Positions 12,205-30,188 of a DNA stretch of 64,000 nucleotides are shown here, piece by piece. Source of the stretch: the human T2T-CHM13v2.0 reference genome, Homo sapiens. The number at the start of each line of letters is the position of its first letter. Positions within the stretch are counted from its first letter, which is position 1. A model generated the notes under the pieces. It was not told the DNA's origin, did no database searches, and saw only the letters and a list, made by a program, of their open reading frames with translations. The stretch lies in NCBI GenBank assembly GCA_009914755.4, contig CP086569.2:27136001-27200000 (forward strand), in the 5' to 3' direction. The position numbers and the translations under genes were made by a program.

Positions 12205-12495
12205 GGGCTGGGCACAGTGGCTCACACCTGTAATCCCAACAATTTGGGATTACTCAGTATTATTGAATATTCACTTTTTGCCTTTAATTCCAATAAAAAC
12301 TGCTTCCCTAACTAGTCTACCATACATTATGATAATACCTTCATCTATCACAGAGGACACATAATGAGAAACACCAAATCCTTTAAACACAGAGTTTGGG
12401 ATTACAAGTGGCAAGGCTGGGGAATCACTTGAGCCCAGGAGTTTGAGACCAGCTGGGAAACCAGTGAGACCCCCCATCTCTACCATAAAAAAAAT
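12205..12495 (+). mobile_element. Alu monomer (FLAM-like) split by a ~155-bp insertion (12246-12402) copied from 11676-11834
   Basis: GGGCTGGGCACAGTGGCTCACACCTGTAATCCCAACAATTTGGGA [insert] ..GGCAAGGCTGGGGAATCACTTGAGCCCAGGAGTTTGAGACCAGCTGGGAAACCAGTGAGACCCCCCATCTCTACCATAAAAAAAA. Confidence 0.7.
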
Positions 12496-12516
12496 TAATT
12501 TAATTAAAATAAAATC

Positions 12517-12917
<401 letters not shown>

Positions 12918-13274
12918 TCATTATAACATTTTAATGACTCACATGAATACAGCAACAATAAAATCTTTCATACCTCACCACAGACAGTAACATTAGGCTC
13001 CTCAAAGCTCATTTTTTTGCCAAGAACAAATATTTTTTTCCTGTTTTAGAGGCTTGAACATAAATACAATCAGAAGGTCCATGGAGTTTTATTTTAAATA
13101 ACAAACATAACTCTGTGTTAATAGGGCCAGAGGCAGGGTGGTGGAGGGTAACATAGCTACCAGTGATGTATATTTCACCACAACAGTCAGACTGCCATTG
13201 AATAGAGATGTTAAGCCTTTTATTCTAGAGACCCAGCCACCAATCTCGTTGTTCTTTTAGAGGTTCAGGCTCAC

Positions 13275-13423
13275 TAACCAGTTTTTTTCGAATATCCATG
13301 TCACAAAGTGCTTCTGCCAGGATGGAGCAAGCCTCTTTCACTCCCCAGTGTGCAGCAGCATGGAGGGGAGTCCAGCCATCATAATCCTGAACATTGAGTT
13401 CATAGCCAGCCTGAATTAAAAGT
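13275..13423 (-). CDS. PPP1R12B: PPP1R12B coding exon (ankyrin repeat). The 3' end is ambiguous: donor CTG|gttagt at 13279 or TTA|gtgagc at 13275
   Basis: ttttctttttag|A CTT TTA ATT CAG GCT GGC TAT GAA CTC AAT GTT CAG GAT TAT GAT GGC TGG ACT CCC CTC CAT GCT GCT GCA CAC TGG GGA GTG AAA GAG GCT TGC TCC ATC CTG GCA GAA GCA CTT TGT GAC ATG GAT ATT CGA AAA AAA CTG(GTT A). Peptide is (R)LLIQAGYELNVQDYDGWTPLHAAAHWGVKEACSILAEALCDMDIRKKL. Only the 13275 donor keeps frame into the next exon (see findings). Confidence 0.75.
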
Positions 13424-14736
13424 CTAAAAAGAAAACCCAAAACAAGACATATATCTCCTGTATATTACAGTTTTCTGGCAAATACACTATTACCTAATTG
13501 ATATTTCAGATTTTGGCCCTGAACCACAGGGGTCTTATGATTACTTCTGCCCTCTAAGGCACGGTTTGGGTTTCATATTTACTATTTTGTGTACCAATCA
13601 TAGATGACCTTTACCAATCCTCTCCAAAAAGTCATAAGATATTTCCTAGGCATATCCATGTTATACCATACAAGGGGAGTATACGGAAACATATGTACCT
13701 AAGATTAAGCAAAGCATAATTCAATTAGCCAAATCACATAACTCTGTTAAAGATACATTTTCCATTTTCCAGTGCAGGGAAGAAGTAATATATAAAATGA
13801 AGATTCTCATAGGCTGTGGTCATTCTGTCTATCTGTAATAGTGTCAACAATAAAGATAAAGTTTAAAAAAATAAAATAAAATGAAGACTCAATTCTCTTC
13901 AGGGTATTTTCTCAACTAGCTTTCTGGTTGGTCTTTCTAGGACACTATATTTACCATATATCCACATATCTCCAACTTTTTGCTAACTATAAAGCTGTAA
14001 TTTAACTTGTATGCATGGAAGAGAAAAGATTTGACTCCTGAAGACCCAAACTACATTGGGGCCCTTATGGATAGCACTATCAGGCAGAAATGGAGCACCA
14101 AAACACTGCTATACCTATTAGAAACCCTGCATTGGGTGAAATATGAAATACTGGAAGAGTCCAGTTAACAACTGCACATATAATGCCTCTGGCAACCCAT
14201 GTATCTGGGAAAGCCTGTGAACATTAAGTACCAAGAGCTACAAGAAGCGTGTATGGATGTAAGGAAAAATGGAACAGACAGAGTGGTAGAGTCCAAATCC
14301 CTCATATAAGTTTGGCTATCCTGTGCCAGCTGGACACTGCATACTCAAGATCTATATAATTAATCTAATGACACAAAAGAAATTATATAAGTCAAAATGG
14401 AACAAATGATCACAAGTATTACAGGTCACAAGAAGAGGTCATTGCAGGGATATTAAGGACAAATCAGAGAACTGGAAGAAGTCCCCTCCTAGGACCATGT
14501 ACCTCAACTCTGTTTCACAACATACATGTTAGTGAGAAGCTAGAGGAATGGTAGGAGGGAGGGAGACAATCCATGGATGAATACCAGCAAAATGTGAGAA
14601 AAGACTGCACAATCAGAGAGGAAACCAACAAAAAAGGAAACACGTCATAGCGGAAAATCTAATTCAGCCTCTGCTTCCAAAACCTATTTCATCTTCTCCC
14701 AGTGAACCACTCCTGATTGATGTAAATGGACAATAC

Positions 14737-14896
14737 CTGAGGACTTCAGAGTAGCCCTTGGCAGCAGCCACATGAAGGGCTGTAGCCCCGGAGCGAGCCT
14801 GCCTCACATCCTCTATTTTCCCACTGTTGAGCCACTGGTGGGCATCCTGCAACATCTGCTGCTCTTCTTCTTTTCTTGACTGCTCCAGATCAACTC
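14737..14896 (-). CDS. PPP1R12B: PPP1R12B coding exon
   Basis: ggtttctgtag|GA GTT GAT CTG GAG CAG TCA AGA AAA GAA GAA GAG CAG CAG ATG TTG CAG GAT GCC CAC CAG TGG..GAA GTC CTC AG|gtattg. Peptide is (G)VDLEQSRKEEEQQMLQDAHQWLNSGKIEDVRQARSGATALHVAAAKGYSEVL(R). It is 160 nt and phases are consistent on both sides. Confidence 0.85.
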
Positions 14897-15244
14897 CTAC
14901 AGAAACCAGACACCAGATAGCCAGGATTACTAAAGCTCCACTTAAGTTTGACAGGATATTTTCTTTAGATTAAAGCACATCATAAACATAAATACAAATA
15001 ACAGTTTAGCCATCAAATTGGGTAATTATCAAATTTAGAAGATCAATGGCATTTGTACACATATTAATGGTCTTACAGGATTAAATCATCAGGTTAAATA
15101 TTATGTGATATAGATCCATTAAGGGAATGCACCTAAAATTGTTTCCAACAGAACATAAAGATAAAGGGGACATTATTTTTACATTATAATATTTGTACAA
15201 AGCTATAAAGTCTTTTTACATGTTATATGACTTTAGTTTCCCAA

Positions 15245-15400
15245 CAATCCTTCAAGGTAAATATAATAGATATTACAGTCTTCATTTAACAGATGAGGAA
15301 ATAAAAATAGAAAGATTAGGAATCTTGCTCAAAGGCACAAAACACATTAGTGACAGAGCTTGCCACTAGAACTCTGATATCCTGGGTCCCTCTCTGTCAT
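15245..15400 (-). mobile_element. MIR fragment (antisense)
   Basis: ..TTCATTTAACAGATGAGGAAATAAAAATAGAAAGATTAGGAATCTTGCTCAAAGGCACAAAACACATTAGTGACAGAGCTTGCCACTAGAACTCTGAT.. is the reverse complement of the MIR core (TTTACAGATGAGGAAACTGAGGCTCAGAGAGGTTAAGTAACTTGCCCAAGGTCACACAGCTAGTAAGTGGCAGAGC). Confidence 0.7.
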
Positions 15401-15999
15401 TCCTCTTCTGGGTCCCTATCCACTCACTATACCATAGGATTAGTATCCAAAATTTTGGTTTCAGGTATTGATATACTTTAAAAATTGAACTATCTCTAAA
15501 GTTCATTTCCATATACAGGTAAATACACTGACTTGAAGCTATATAATCTAGGACAGATTAGTAGGTGATCTGCAGTTTAAAAACCTGTCTGCTTTCAAGG
15601 GAATGCAGATTTTGTTTTCCTTAAAAACATTATGGGGGAGAGGAGCCAAGATGGCCGAATAGGAACAGCTGCAGTCTACATCTCCCAGCGTGAGTGACGA
15701 AGAAGACAGGTGATTTCTGCATTTCCATCTGAGATACTGGGCTCCTCTCACTAGGGAGTGCCAGACAGTGGGCGCAGGTCAGTGGGTGCACGCACGGTGT
15801 GCAAGCCGAAGCAGGGCAAGGCATTGCCTCACTCGGGAAGCACAGGGGGTCAGGGAGTTCCCTTTCCTAGTCAAAGAAAGGGGTGACAGACGGCACCTGG
15901 AAGATCAGGTCACTCCCACCCGAATACTGCGCTTTTCCGACGGGCTTAAAAAATGGCGCACTAAGAGTTATATCCTGCACCTGGCTCGGAGGGTCCTAC

Positions 16000-16540
16000 G
16001 CCCACGGAGTCTTGCTGATTGCTAGCACAGCAGTCTGAGATCAAACTGCAAGGAGGCAGCGAGGCTGGGGGAGAGGCGCCCGCCATTGCCCAGGCTTGCT
16101 TAGGTAAACAAAGCAGCCAGGAAGCTCGAACTGGGTGGAGCCCACCACAGCTCAAGGATGCCTGCCTGCCTCTGTAGGCTCCACCTCTGGGGGCAGGGAA
16201 CAGAAAAACAAAAAGACAGCAGTAACCTCTGCAGACTTAAATGTCCCTGTCTGACAGCTTTGAAGAGAGCAGTGGTTCTCCCAGCATGCAGCTAGAGATC
16301 TGAGAACAGTCAGACTGCCTCCTCAAGTGGGTCCCTGACCCCTGACCCCCAAGCAGCCTAACTGGGAGGCACCTCCTAGCAGGGGCAGACTGACACCTCA
16401 CAAGGCCGGGTACTCCAACAGATCTGCAGCTGAGGGTCCTTTCTGTTAGAAGGAAAACTAACAAACAGAAAGGACATCCACACCAAAAACCCATCTGTAC
16501 ATCACCATCATCAAAGACCAAAAGTAGATAAAACCACAAA
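16000..16540 (-). promoter_or_regulatory. Expected position of the L1 antisense promoter (ASP) within the L1 5'UTR. It is oriented in the sense direction of PPP1R12B, toward the exon at 14737-14896.
   Basis: Established L1 biology: the ASP lies in the 5'UTR, about +400 to +600 from the L1 start. The 5'UTR here (15634-16540) is intact and on the plus strand. The host gene is on the minus strand, so ASP transcripts would run toward lower coordinates, into downstream PPP1R12B exons. Confidence 0.35.
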
Positions 16541-18091
16541 GATGGGGAAAAAAACAGAGCAGAAAAACTGGAAACTTTAAAAAGCAGAGCGCCTCTCCTC
16601 CTCCAAAGGAACGCAGTTCCTCACCAGCAATGGAACAAAGCTGGATGGAAAATGACTTTGACGATCTGAGAGAAGAAGGCTTCAGACAATCAAATTACTC
16701 CGAGCTACAGGAGGACATTCAAACCGAAGGCAAAGAAGTTGAAAACTTTGAAAAAAATTTAGAAGAATGTATAACTAGAATAACCAATACAGAAAAGTGC
16801 TTAAAAGAGCTGATGGAGCTGAAAACCAAGGCTCGAGAACTACGTGAAGAATGCAGAAGCCTCAGGAGCCGATGTGATCAACTGGAAGAAAGGGTATCAG
16901 CGATGGAAGATGAAATGAATGAAATGAAGCAAGAAGGGAAGTTTAGAGAAGAAAGAATGAAAAGAAATGAACAAAGCCTCCAAGAAATATGGGACTATAT
17001 GAAAAGACCAAATCTACGTCTGATTGGTGTACCTGAAAGTGACGGGGAGAATGGAACCAAGTTGGAAAACACTCTGCAGGATCCAGAAGAACTTACCCAA
17101 TCTAGCAAGGCAGGCCAACATTCAGATTCAGGAAATACAGAGAACACCACAAAGATACTCCTCGAGAAGAGCAACTCCAAGACACATAATTGTCAGATTC
17201 ACCAAAGTTGAAATGAAGGAAAAAATGTTAAGGGCAGCCAGAGAGAAAGGTCGTGTTACCCACAAAGGGAAGCCCATCAGACTAACAGTGGATCTCTTGG
17301 CAGAAACTCTACAAGCCAGAAGAGAGTGGGGGCCAACATTCAACATTCTTAAAGAAAAGAATTTTCAACCCAGAATTTCGTATACAGCCAAACTAAGATT
17401 CATAAGTGAAGGAGAAATAAAATACTTTACAGACAAGCAAATGCTGAGAGATTTTGTCACCACCAGGCCTGCCCTAAAAGAGCTCCTGAAGGAAGCGCTA
17501 AATGTGGAAAGGCACAACTGGTACCAGCTACTGCAAAATCATGCCAAAATGTATAGACCATCAAGACTAGCAAGAAACTGCATCAACTAATGAGCAAAAT
17601 AACCACCTAACATCATAATGACAGGATCAAATTCACACATAACAATATTAACTTTAAATATAAATGGAATAAATGCTCCAATTAAAAGACATAGACTGGC
17701 AAATTGGATAAAGAGTCAAGACCCATCAGTGTGCTGTATTCAGGAAACCCATCTCAAGTGCAGAGACACACATAGGCTCAAAATAAAGGGATGGAGGAAG
17801 ATCTACCAAGCAAATGGAAAACAAAAAAAGGCAGGGGTTGCAATCCTAGTCTCCGATAAAACAGACTAAGAGCTAAGTATCTTAAATATATATGCACCCA
17901 ATACAGGAGCACCAAGATTCATAAAGCAAGTCCTGAGTGACCTACAAAGAGACTTAGACTCCCACACATTAATAATGGGAGACTTTAACACCTCACTGTC
18001 AACATTAGACAGATCAACGAGACAGAAAGTCAACAAGGATACCCAGGAATTGAACTCAGCTCTGCACCAAGCAGACCTAATAGACACCTAG

Positions 18092-19112
<1,021 letters not shown>

Positions 19113-19115
19113 TGA

Positions 19116-19352
<237 letters not shown>

Positions 19353-19355
19353 TAA

Positions 19356-20429
<1,074 letters not shown>

Positions 20430-20432
20430 TGA

Positions 20433-21104
<672 letters not shown>

Positions 21105-22165
21105 GGCGAAGGACATGAACAGACACTTCTCAAAAGAAGACATTTATGCAGCCAAAAAACACATGAAAAAATGCTCATCATCACTGGCATCAGAGAAATG
21201 CAAATCAAAACCACAATGAGATACCATCTCATACCATTTAGAATGGCAATCATTAAAAAGTCAGGAAACAACAGGTGCTGGAGAGGATGTGGAGAAATAG
21301 GAACACTTTTACACTGTTGGTGGGACGGTAAACTAGTTCAACCACTGTGGAAGTCAGTGTGGCGGTTCCTCAGGGATCTAGAACTAGAAATACCATTTGA
21401 CCCAGCCATCCCATTACTGGGTATATACCCAAAGGACTATAAATCATGCTGCTATAAAGACACATGCACATGTATGTTTATTGCAGCATTATTCACAATG
21501 GCAAAGACTTGGAACCAACCCAAATGTCCAACAATGATAGACTGGATTAAGAAAATGTGGCACATATACACCATGGAATACTATGCAGCCATAAAAAAGA
21601 TGCGTTCATGTCCTTTGTAGGGACATGGATGAAATTGGAAATCATTATTCTCAGTAAACTATCACAGGAACAAAAAACCAAACACTGCATATTCTCACTC
21701 ATAGGTGGGAATTGAACAATGAGAACACCTGGACACAGGAAGGGGAACATCACACTCTGGGGACTGTTGTGGGGTGGGGGGAGGGGGGAGGGATAGCATT
21801 CGGAGATATACCTAATGCTAGACGATGAGTTAGTGGGTGCAGCGCACCAGTGTGGCACATGTGTACATATGTAACTAACCTGCACATTGAGCACATGTAC
21901 CCTAAAACTTAAAGTGTAACAATAAAAAAAATACTATAAGAGAATACAAAAAAAAAAGAACATTATGAAAGAACTCCAGGAGTTCTTCCCTTTAGCCAAT
22001 AACTCACCAATAACTGTGCCAGTGAAAAGGGGTTAGGGTGAGGCATACCCCATTATACAAAATAATAAAATGTCCCAAATACAAACATACCCATTCAAAA
22101 AGTTTTACATTCATTAGCAGTCTTTGTGCTTGGTCTACTCCCTTTCAGCTCTTAAAAGAGAAACT

Positions 22166-22483
<318 letters not shown>

Positions 22484-22687
22484 CTACGTATTATCTGTGT
22501 GATTTTGGGAGATGGATGGGATGAAGAGGTAACCAATTTAAAACAGATCAGTACTCCAAACACAAAGAAATGTTAGCAGTGCTGGCAAATTAAACATATA
22601 TATGAATACCCCTTTCAATAGAGTATGTTCCCTCAATGAAGAGTCAGCAATCAAAACAGAAAAAAGTGGTTTCTCTAATCAAAACTA

Positions 22688-22988
<301 letters not shown>

Positions 22989-23079
22989 CAAAACTATTTT
23001 TTAAAACTGATTTTTTTAAAGTTTTTTGTACCTTTTAAAGCAAATCTTAGGAGATAAAACTAATTGAGGCTGGAGGTTA

Positions 23080-23482
<403 letters not shown>

Positions 23483-24361
23483 CTAGAACATCACTATATT
23501 AAGGTAGGATCAGCATACTTTCTCCAAAGGGCCAATATATATTTTCAGGTTTGTGGTTCATCCAATCCATCACTACTACTCAACTCTGCTGTTGTAGCAC
23601 AAAAGCAGTTTTGGATAATATGTAAGCAATGTGCATAGCAAGAATTGGCCCTGACTGTTCTAAAAGTTCATATTGGGAAAGACCACTGGAGCTAAATCCT
23701 CTGGGATGAACTGCAAGATTGTGAGTAAGGTAGTTTAGCAGAAGGACAAAAAAAAAATCACTACAAATCTTGTCCACAGAGTTTTGTGGTGGAAAAAGAA
23801 CCCAGGGACTTCCAGGTTGAAAAATTCCATCCTATTCTGTGAAATCGATTCTCCTAAAACTATAAAATAAGAATAAGCATTTTTAGAATATATTATTCTA
23901 AGTTCGCTTCCTCACCTTAACAAATTATCATACTAATTCTCATGGTTAGTTACAATAAATATTTTTATCAGCACCACTTTTAGCTCTCATCAAGGGAAAA
24001 GATGCAAAGTCACAAACTGAATTTAGCCAATTCTCAAATTTACACTGTATCCCAATACCATGCATACACACACTAAGAAATGTTCACACTCCTCATCAGG
24101 TCACTCTTAATTGTATGATGGGTATGCAACCTCTGAATGGCAAAAACAAGGAATGACTGGTCATCCTTTTGACATCTGGCCTATTCTTGTCTGAGTTATT
24201 ATGAGGATACATGATGCTGGATTAATGATTAATGCAGTGCAGACAGATCAAATCCTCTCCTGTCGTGTGATAGTGAAATGCTCTGCACAGCAAAAGGATT
24301 ATTTTCTGTAAATGGCAGTGTTTAAGAATCTTTCCTGGCCCCCTCCAATCCATGAGGTTAC

Positions 24362-24480
24362 CTTGCTTCTTTACTTGCTCCAGAAGAAGATCCTTCATGG
24401 CTGGCTCTTCTGCAAGGTCAGAGGGAACTTCACCTTCACCATTGACAATACCTCCACTGGCTCCGTGATTAATGAAATAC
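24362..24480 (-). CDS. PPP1R12B: PPP1R12B coding exon (ankyrin repeat region)
   Basis: tctatgcag|G TAT TTC ATT AAT CAC GGA GCC AGT..GAG CAA GTA AAG AAG CAA G|gtaacc. Peptide is (E)YFINHGASGGIVNGEGEVPSDLAEEPAMKDLLLEQVKKQ(G). Phase joins the previous exon (GA+G=E). Confidence 0.85.
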
Positions 24481-25220
24481 CTGCATAGACAAGATCCAGG
24501 ATCAATATTATCTGTCAATCTAATATAAATTTTACCCATGCATCTGGCATTCAATACACAACGAAGTCTCTATTTTGAGTTTAAAATATGGTCTCAGTTA
24601 AGATATTCCATTATTAATTTCTATGTGCCTTAAACTTCAATAATTAAGACTGAAGGCTTCCCCATTTCCTGACTAGAGCAATGCCAACAAACAGGATTTC
24701 TTTCACACTCATGTTACTAACTCCCATCCTGTCACTCCCAGTGGATGGCAAGAGAATTTCTAAGTTACATAAAGAAGGCATGCAGCCTTAAACTTTCCCA
24801 GTGCCACATTGGAGCTTATTAAGTAGTGCTGTGGGTGTGAAAATAGAAGAATAAAGTGTGCATTTAAATTTGCATAAATCTGCCTAAATTATGCCTCCAT
24901 AAAACTCTCCTATCAACCAGACATCCACATGAAATCTTCCTCTACTCTAAGATGAAACTAAATTACTTAAGAAGAAATATTAAAACGTTAAAGAATTAAA
25001 TTCTAAATCCAAATAGAATACTTGATTCTGAAGAAGAAAGGTCTGATAATTCAATACCTTACATAGATCCTTTTTGATTTTCAGAGTGCTTTCACATAAA
25101 ATTATATCATAAGTCTTAGGCAACATTATGAAGTGGGCAATGTGGGTATTACTACCATGACTTTAAGAAATTGAGGTTCATACATATTAAGTAATTTTCT
25201 CAAAACCACATAGCGGGTAA

Positions 25221-25738
<518 letters not shown>

Positions 25739-25844
25739 ATGGGAACTACATTTTAGACACTGTAGGAGATTAAAAAAAAAAAAAAAAAGAGAGAGAGATA
25801 ATATATGGCCACTGGCCACTGCATTCAAATAATTGGCAGAGGGA

Positions 25845-26120
25845 GCCAAACGCAGTGGCTCACCCCTATAATCCTTTGGGAGGCTGAGGTGGGTGGATCA
25901 CTTGAGGCCAGGAGTTCGAGACAAGCCTGACCAACATGGTGAAAACCATCTCTACTAAAAATACAAAACTTAGGCGGGCATGGTGGCAGGCACCTGTAGT
26001 CCCAGCTACTCAGGAGGCTGAGGCACAAGAATCATTTGAACCCAGGTGGCGGAGGTTGCAGTGAGCCAAGATCAGCCTGGGTGACAGAGCAAGACTCTAT
26101 CTCAAAAAAAAAAAAAAAAA
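25845..26120 (+). mobile_element. Alu with TSD TTGGCAGAGGGA
   Basis: GCCAAACGCAGTGGCTCACCCCTATAATCCTTTGGGAGGCTGAGGTGGGTGGATCACTTGAGGCCAGGAGTTCGAGACAAGCCTGACCAACATGGTGAAAACC..(A)17. Flanks are aattggcagaggga / agttggcagagggaaaag. Confidence 0.85.
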
Positions 26121-29100
26121 GTTGGCAGAGGGAAAAGAATCAATAGAGATTAGATTAAGAACATGTTTTTGCTTTCTCAGTGCCTAGTACCTGGTATAAT
26201 AGGGCCTCAACAAATGTTTGTTAATTTATAGATCAATTCTATATGTATAAAGCTCAAAAGCCTTCACAATTCACCTTTTAACCATCTCCTTCTTTCCCTT
26301 ATAGTCTCAGAGGAAGACAGACCTTATTCAATTCCAAAACTAACTCCCTCTATTTGTATTCTTACTTCTATCAAGTCCTAGTATTCCGTTCATAAATTAC
26401 CCTTCATTTCCACATATTCAACATCTCCTCTCTTCTGATTCCTCTCCATTAAGCAAAAGGAATATTCAGCTATACCTCCCCAACCCTGAAATATCAAAAT
26501 GCAAATAATACACATAGTAAGCACTCAACAAATGTTTCCTGGATTGAAGTGTACCCTATACTCTATAATCAAACTAAACCACTTACTGTTCCCAAACACA
26601 TCAACTCTCACCCAGCTCTCTTCCACAGCTTGTTTCTTCCAACTAGGTGGAACACTCTCCCTTCTCTTTTCCCATGTAGAAACCTTGCAATTCTTTCGAA
26701 GTTCATTTAAAATGCTTTTGCCTTCATGAAACCTTCGCCTGTTCTCACAAACTGAATTCCCTCTTTCCTTCCTTTAACCCCATACTCCCTCTTCTCCTCC
26801 CCAACAAACACTAATTCTAGACCTCGGTTATGACTTACACTGTACCTCGATGCAATCATTCCATCAGACTGAAAGCTACTTGAAGGCAATGTGAAAGGAA
26901 AATAAAAACTTGGGACCCTAATTTCACTATTCCAAAAGAAAAAAAATTAAACTGAAAGCTGAGTCATGCAAGAAGCTGCCTTACCTTTTGTTCCTAAGCA
27001 GATAGCTATAGATAAAAAGTTAAATATCTCCACAGGTTCTATGTTTACCTCTATGTTCACATTATCTTATGTAAAGCGAGATTTACTGAGCGTGAGATGA
27101 ACATGTAATTGACTATTCCCCTACTTGCTCCTTTTCTCTGGCTACATGTGAATTCAGGAATGTGACCATGCCCTCCCCTTTTCCCCTCCAGGCTGCTTTT
27201 CCCTTTTAAGTATTGAAGCTCTCAACTTGATCTCTGGGGAAAGGCACAGATCTGTCTCCCGGGTGTGCGTCTTTAACCTTGGTAAAATAAACTTTTAAAT
27301 TGATTGAGACCTGTCTCAGATACTTTTTGGTTCATAGCAACAACTGGGTCTTCCAATTATTATCGCCATGGCATCTGACACTTGCTTTTTTCTCTTGGTA
27401 TTCCATAAATACTGCTTGAATTACATGAAATATCTTAACCACTCTACTCTGACGTCTATTCCATCCCTACTGGATCAGGCATAATGTCACTTGGGTATAC
27501 AGGACCCTGCTTTTCCTGCGTTCTACAATCAAGAGGACAAATTTTTAGAAAGTAACTTGGCTCTCTGTTTTTCCATTTTCTCCAGTTCTAGGAAAAAAAA
27601 AATTTAAAAACCTCTTTATTTTTACTTTTACCTGGACAAGAATAAATATCAACCTGTGAAGTAATTTCTACTTTATCTCTGAGAATCCTTACAGTTGCCC
27701 AAAGGCTCACAAACAGCCACTAGCTCAATAAATATGCCCCTAGAAAATAAGGCCTTCTTGTCCCTCCTAACTCAACACCAATACAAGGTCTTTATGCTAC
27801 TATCTTAAGGGAGGAAGAAAGAAAATGAAATATGTTCAAAAACTTAGAATAAATTAGTATCTCAATAAACTGTAAAGCCAAATGCTGTATGTTTGGGTCA
27901 ATCTGCTGCTTCTAAGTGAAACATTTATTCATTAAAAAAATGTTAAAACACCCAGCTAACTAGCATTGAAACTGAACTCATTTTAAAATGAGGAAAAAAG
28001 CCTCTGAAGCTCCCTGCTTTTGATACAACATACTGAGACAAAAAGATCACCATGAAACATGAAATAGAATGTACTTGGATTCTTCCTAGAAAGCCAGTTT
28101 GCCTTTATTCATTTCTACTACCTTGAAATTTATTTCCTAATGATTCTGGGAATAAGAGCATAAAGTCTAAGATCTTTAAGATACAAAAATAAAAACGACA
28201 AGATGATCACGGACTGATCTTATTTACAACATTCTCCATTGGCCCTGAGGTAAAGCAACCGAAATGAACAGTACAAACAATGTTTTTTTTCCATTTCATA
28301 TTAAAAAATGCTACATACTGCAAATAAATAGATGATAGTAAAGTCAAAACCTGTCTAATAATGATATGCATAGTGAAAAATAAAATAAAGAAGGCCATCT
28401 CTACCGCCACCCCACCTCTGCAATGGAATCTGGTCTAGATCACCTCTCTCCTGGTCAGACTTCCAAGTTTAATTTATAATAATCTGTCTTAGGAAATAGT
28501 AGCTCTCACAGATTTATTTCATTCAAGGTAATATTTGTTTGAGCTAGAGATTGTTACATTTTGAACTTACTTCCAGAATAATTATATTTGTTCATAAAGA
28601 TGAATTAAAGAAATCACTGTAAAAAAAAAAAAAGCAATTACAATCATTCTCTGTACCTAGCTTCACACACAGGAGGATAATGCCAGCACAAGTGATCCTA
28701 ATTCTAAGCATGAGCTCTCCTTAGAAAAGTGAAAGAAAAAACTTAGGAAAAAATTGAATCCTTGAATGTAATGAGATTTGGTAGCTCAAATATCACAAAC
28801 ATGCCACCTGAACAAATAGCAATTGAAAGGCCAACATGTTCTATAAATGTTTCTTAAATAAATGTTTTAAGTAAAATTACCTCAACTCTTAGGCATCAGA
28901 ATTCTGATGTTACTGGATAAGACTAAGAATAAGAGCCCTCCTTCCCATTAGACTCTGAAAATGGGCAGCCTAGGGGATGAAAAGGTTACTGACTTTTACT
29001 AAATTGGAACAGACAGAGGAATCAAGAGTGAAGAAAACTGCATTGTTTATTTCTGTTGGCTCTGGGGCCAAGCCAGTCATCCACTTTTTAGAACAAGCAG

Positions 29101-30188
29101 CCCAGTCAAACACCAGTGCTGCTGCCTAAAGTTTCTCTGGCTCTGACTCTCCCTTTGTTTAACTTCTCCCACTGAGCATCCCTGGGTCAGCAGCAAACCT
29201 AGCAACTCAGGCTCTCCCTTAGGAAACCTGGGCAAATCAGATTCTGCGGGAAGTCATTATCAGGCCTCTACACAGCTGCCAACAAAATTCTCCCTGCTGT
29301 TTCCTGGACAGGAGAAATGTAATGGAGCTCTAATCGTATTATTGAAAAGGGCCTTCACACAAGCAATCTGATTTTCAAAGGAGCATAGAATATCATGATT
29401 TTATTTAGGGAATTTACCTTAACAATATAAATTTACCCTTATCTAGGATACACTCAACTACCTCATTTTAAAGATGTTTTGACTGCCATTTTAAAGATGT
29501 TTCCTTGTTTAAAAATAAACTCCCCGATCATTCCTTCACACAACAGATATTTATTCAGTGCCTCTTATATCTCAGGTACCACATGGTCAGGATTCTTCTG
29601 CCCACGGGAGGGGCAACTAGTTGTCCTGGAGATTAGTAGCTCCTAATGTATCTTATTAAATATTCCCATTCAACTAATGTGGACAACACATGCCAGTGCC
29701 CACCTTTCCTTTGTTCCACCTGTTTAGGCTCATTCTTCTGCTATTAACTACACGAGTGCTGTGACTGGTATGCTAGGCATTTTTTATCTTCATTTGTACT
29801 AAGCACTGATTTTTTTAAAAAAACAATGAAATAGGTTTACAAAGAATCCAGAAAAACATCTCCAGGCCTGCCTATATACGTGCCCAGCTACAGTTGTTCA
29901 GAAAGTGAACCCAGACAGTGGAACAGCCACCTCTGCATATCCCAGCAAATTATAAATTACCTGAAAATAGAAGCAAACAAAAAGAGTTTCAACTAAAAAA
30001 CTATGGATTTAGCAGCTTTACAAACCATTGTATTAGTTATGTCTTAAAGATAATTCAACTTTCTGCTTTTGTAATCTGTAATAAAGAGAGATTATAACTA
30101 TTTAAAAATTCAAATTCCTAAGAATAGAGGAGAAATGAAGGCCATTCCTACAAATACTGCAAAGCTACACACACAGAGACTCACTCAC

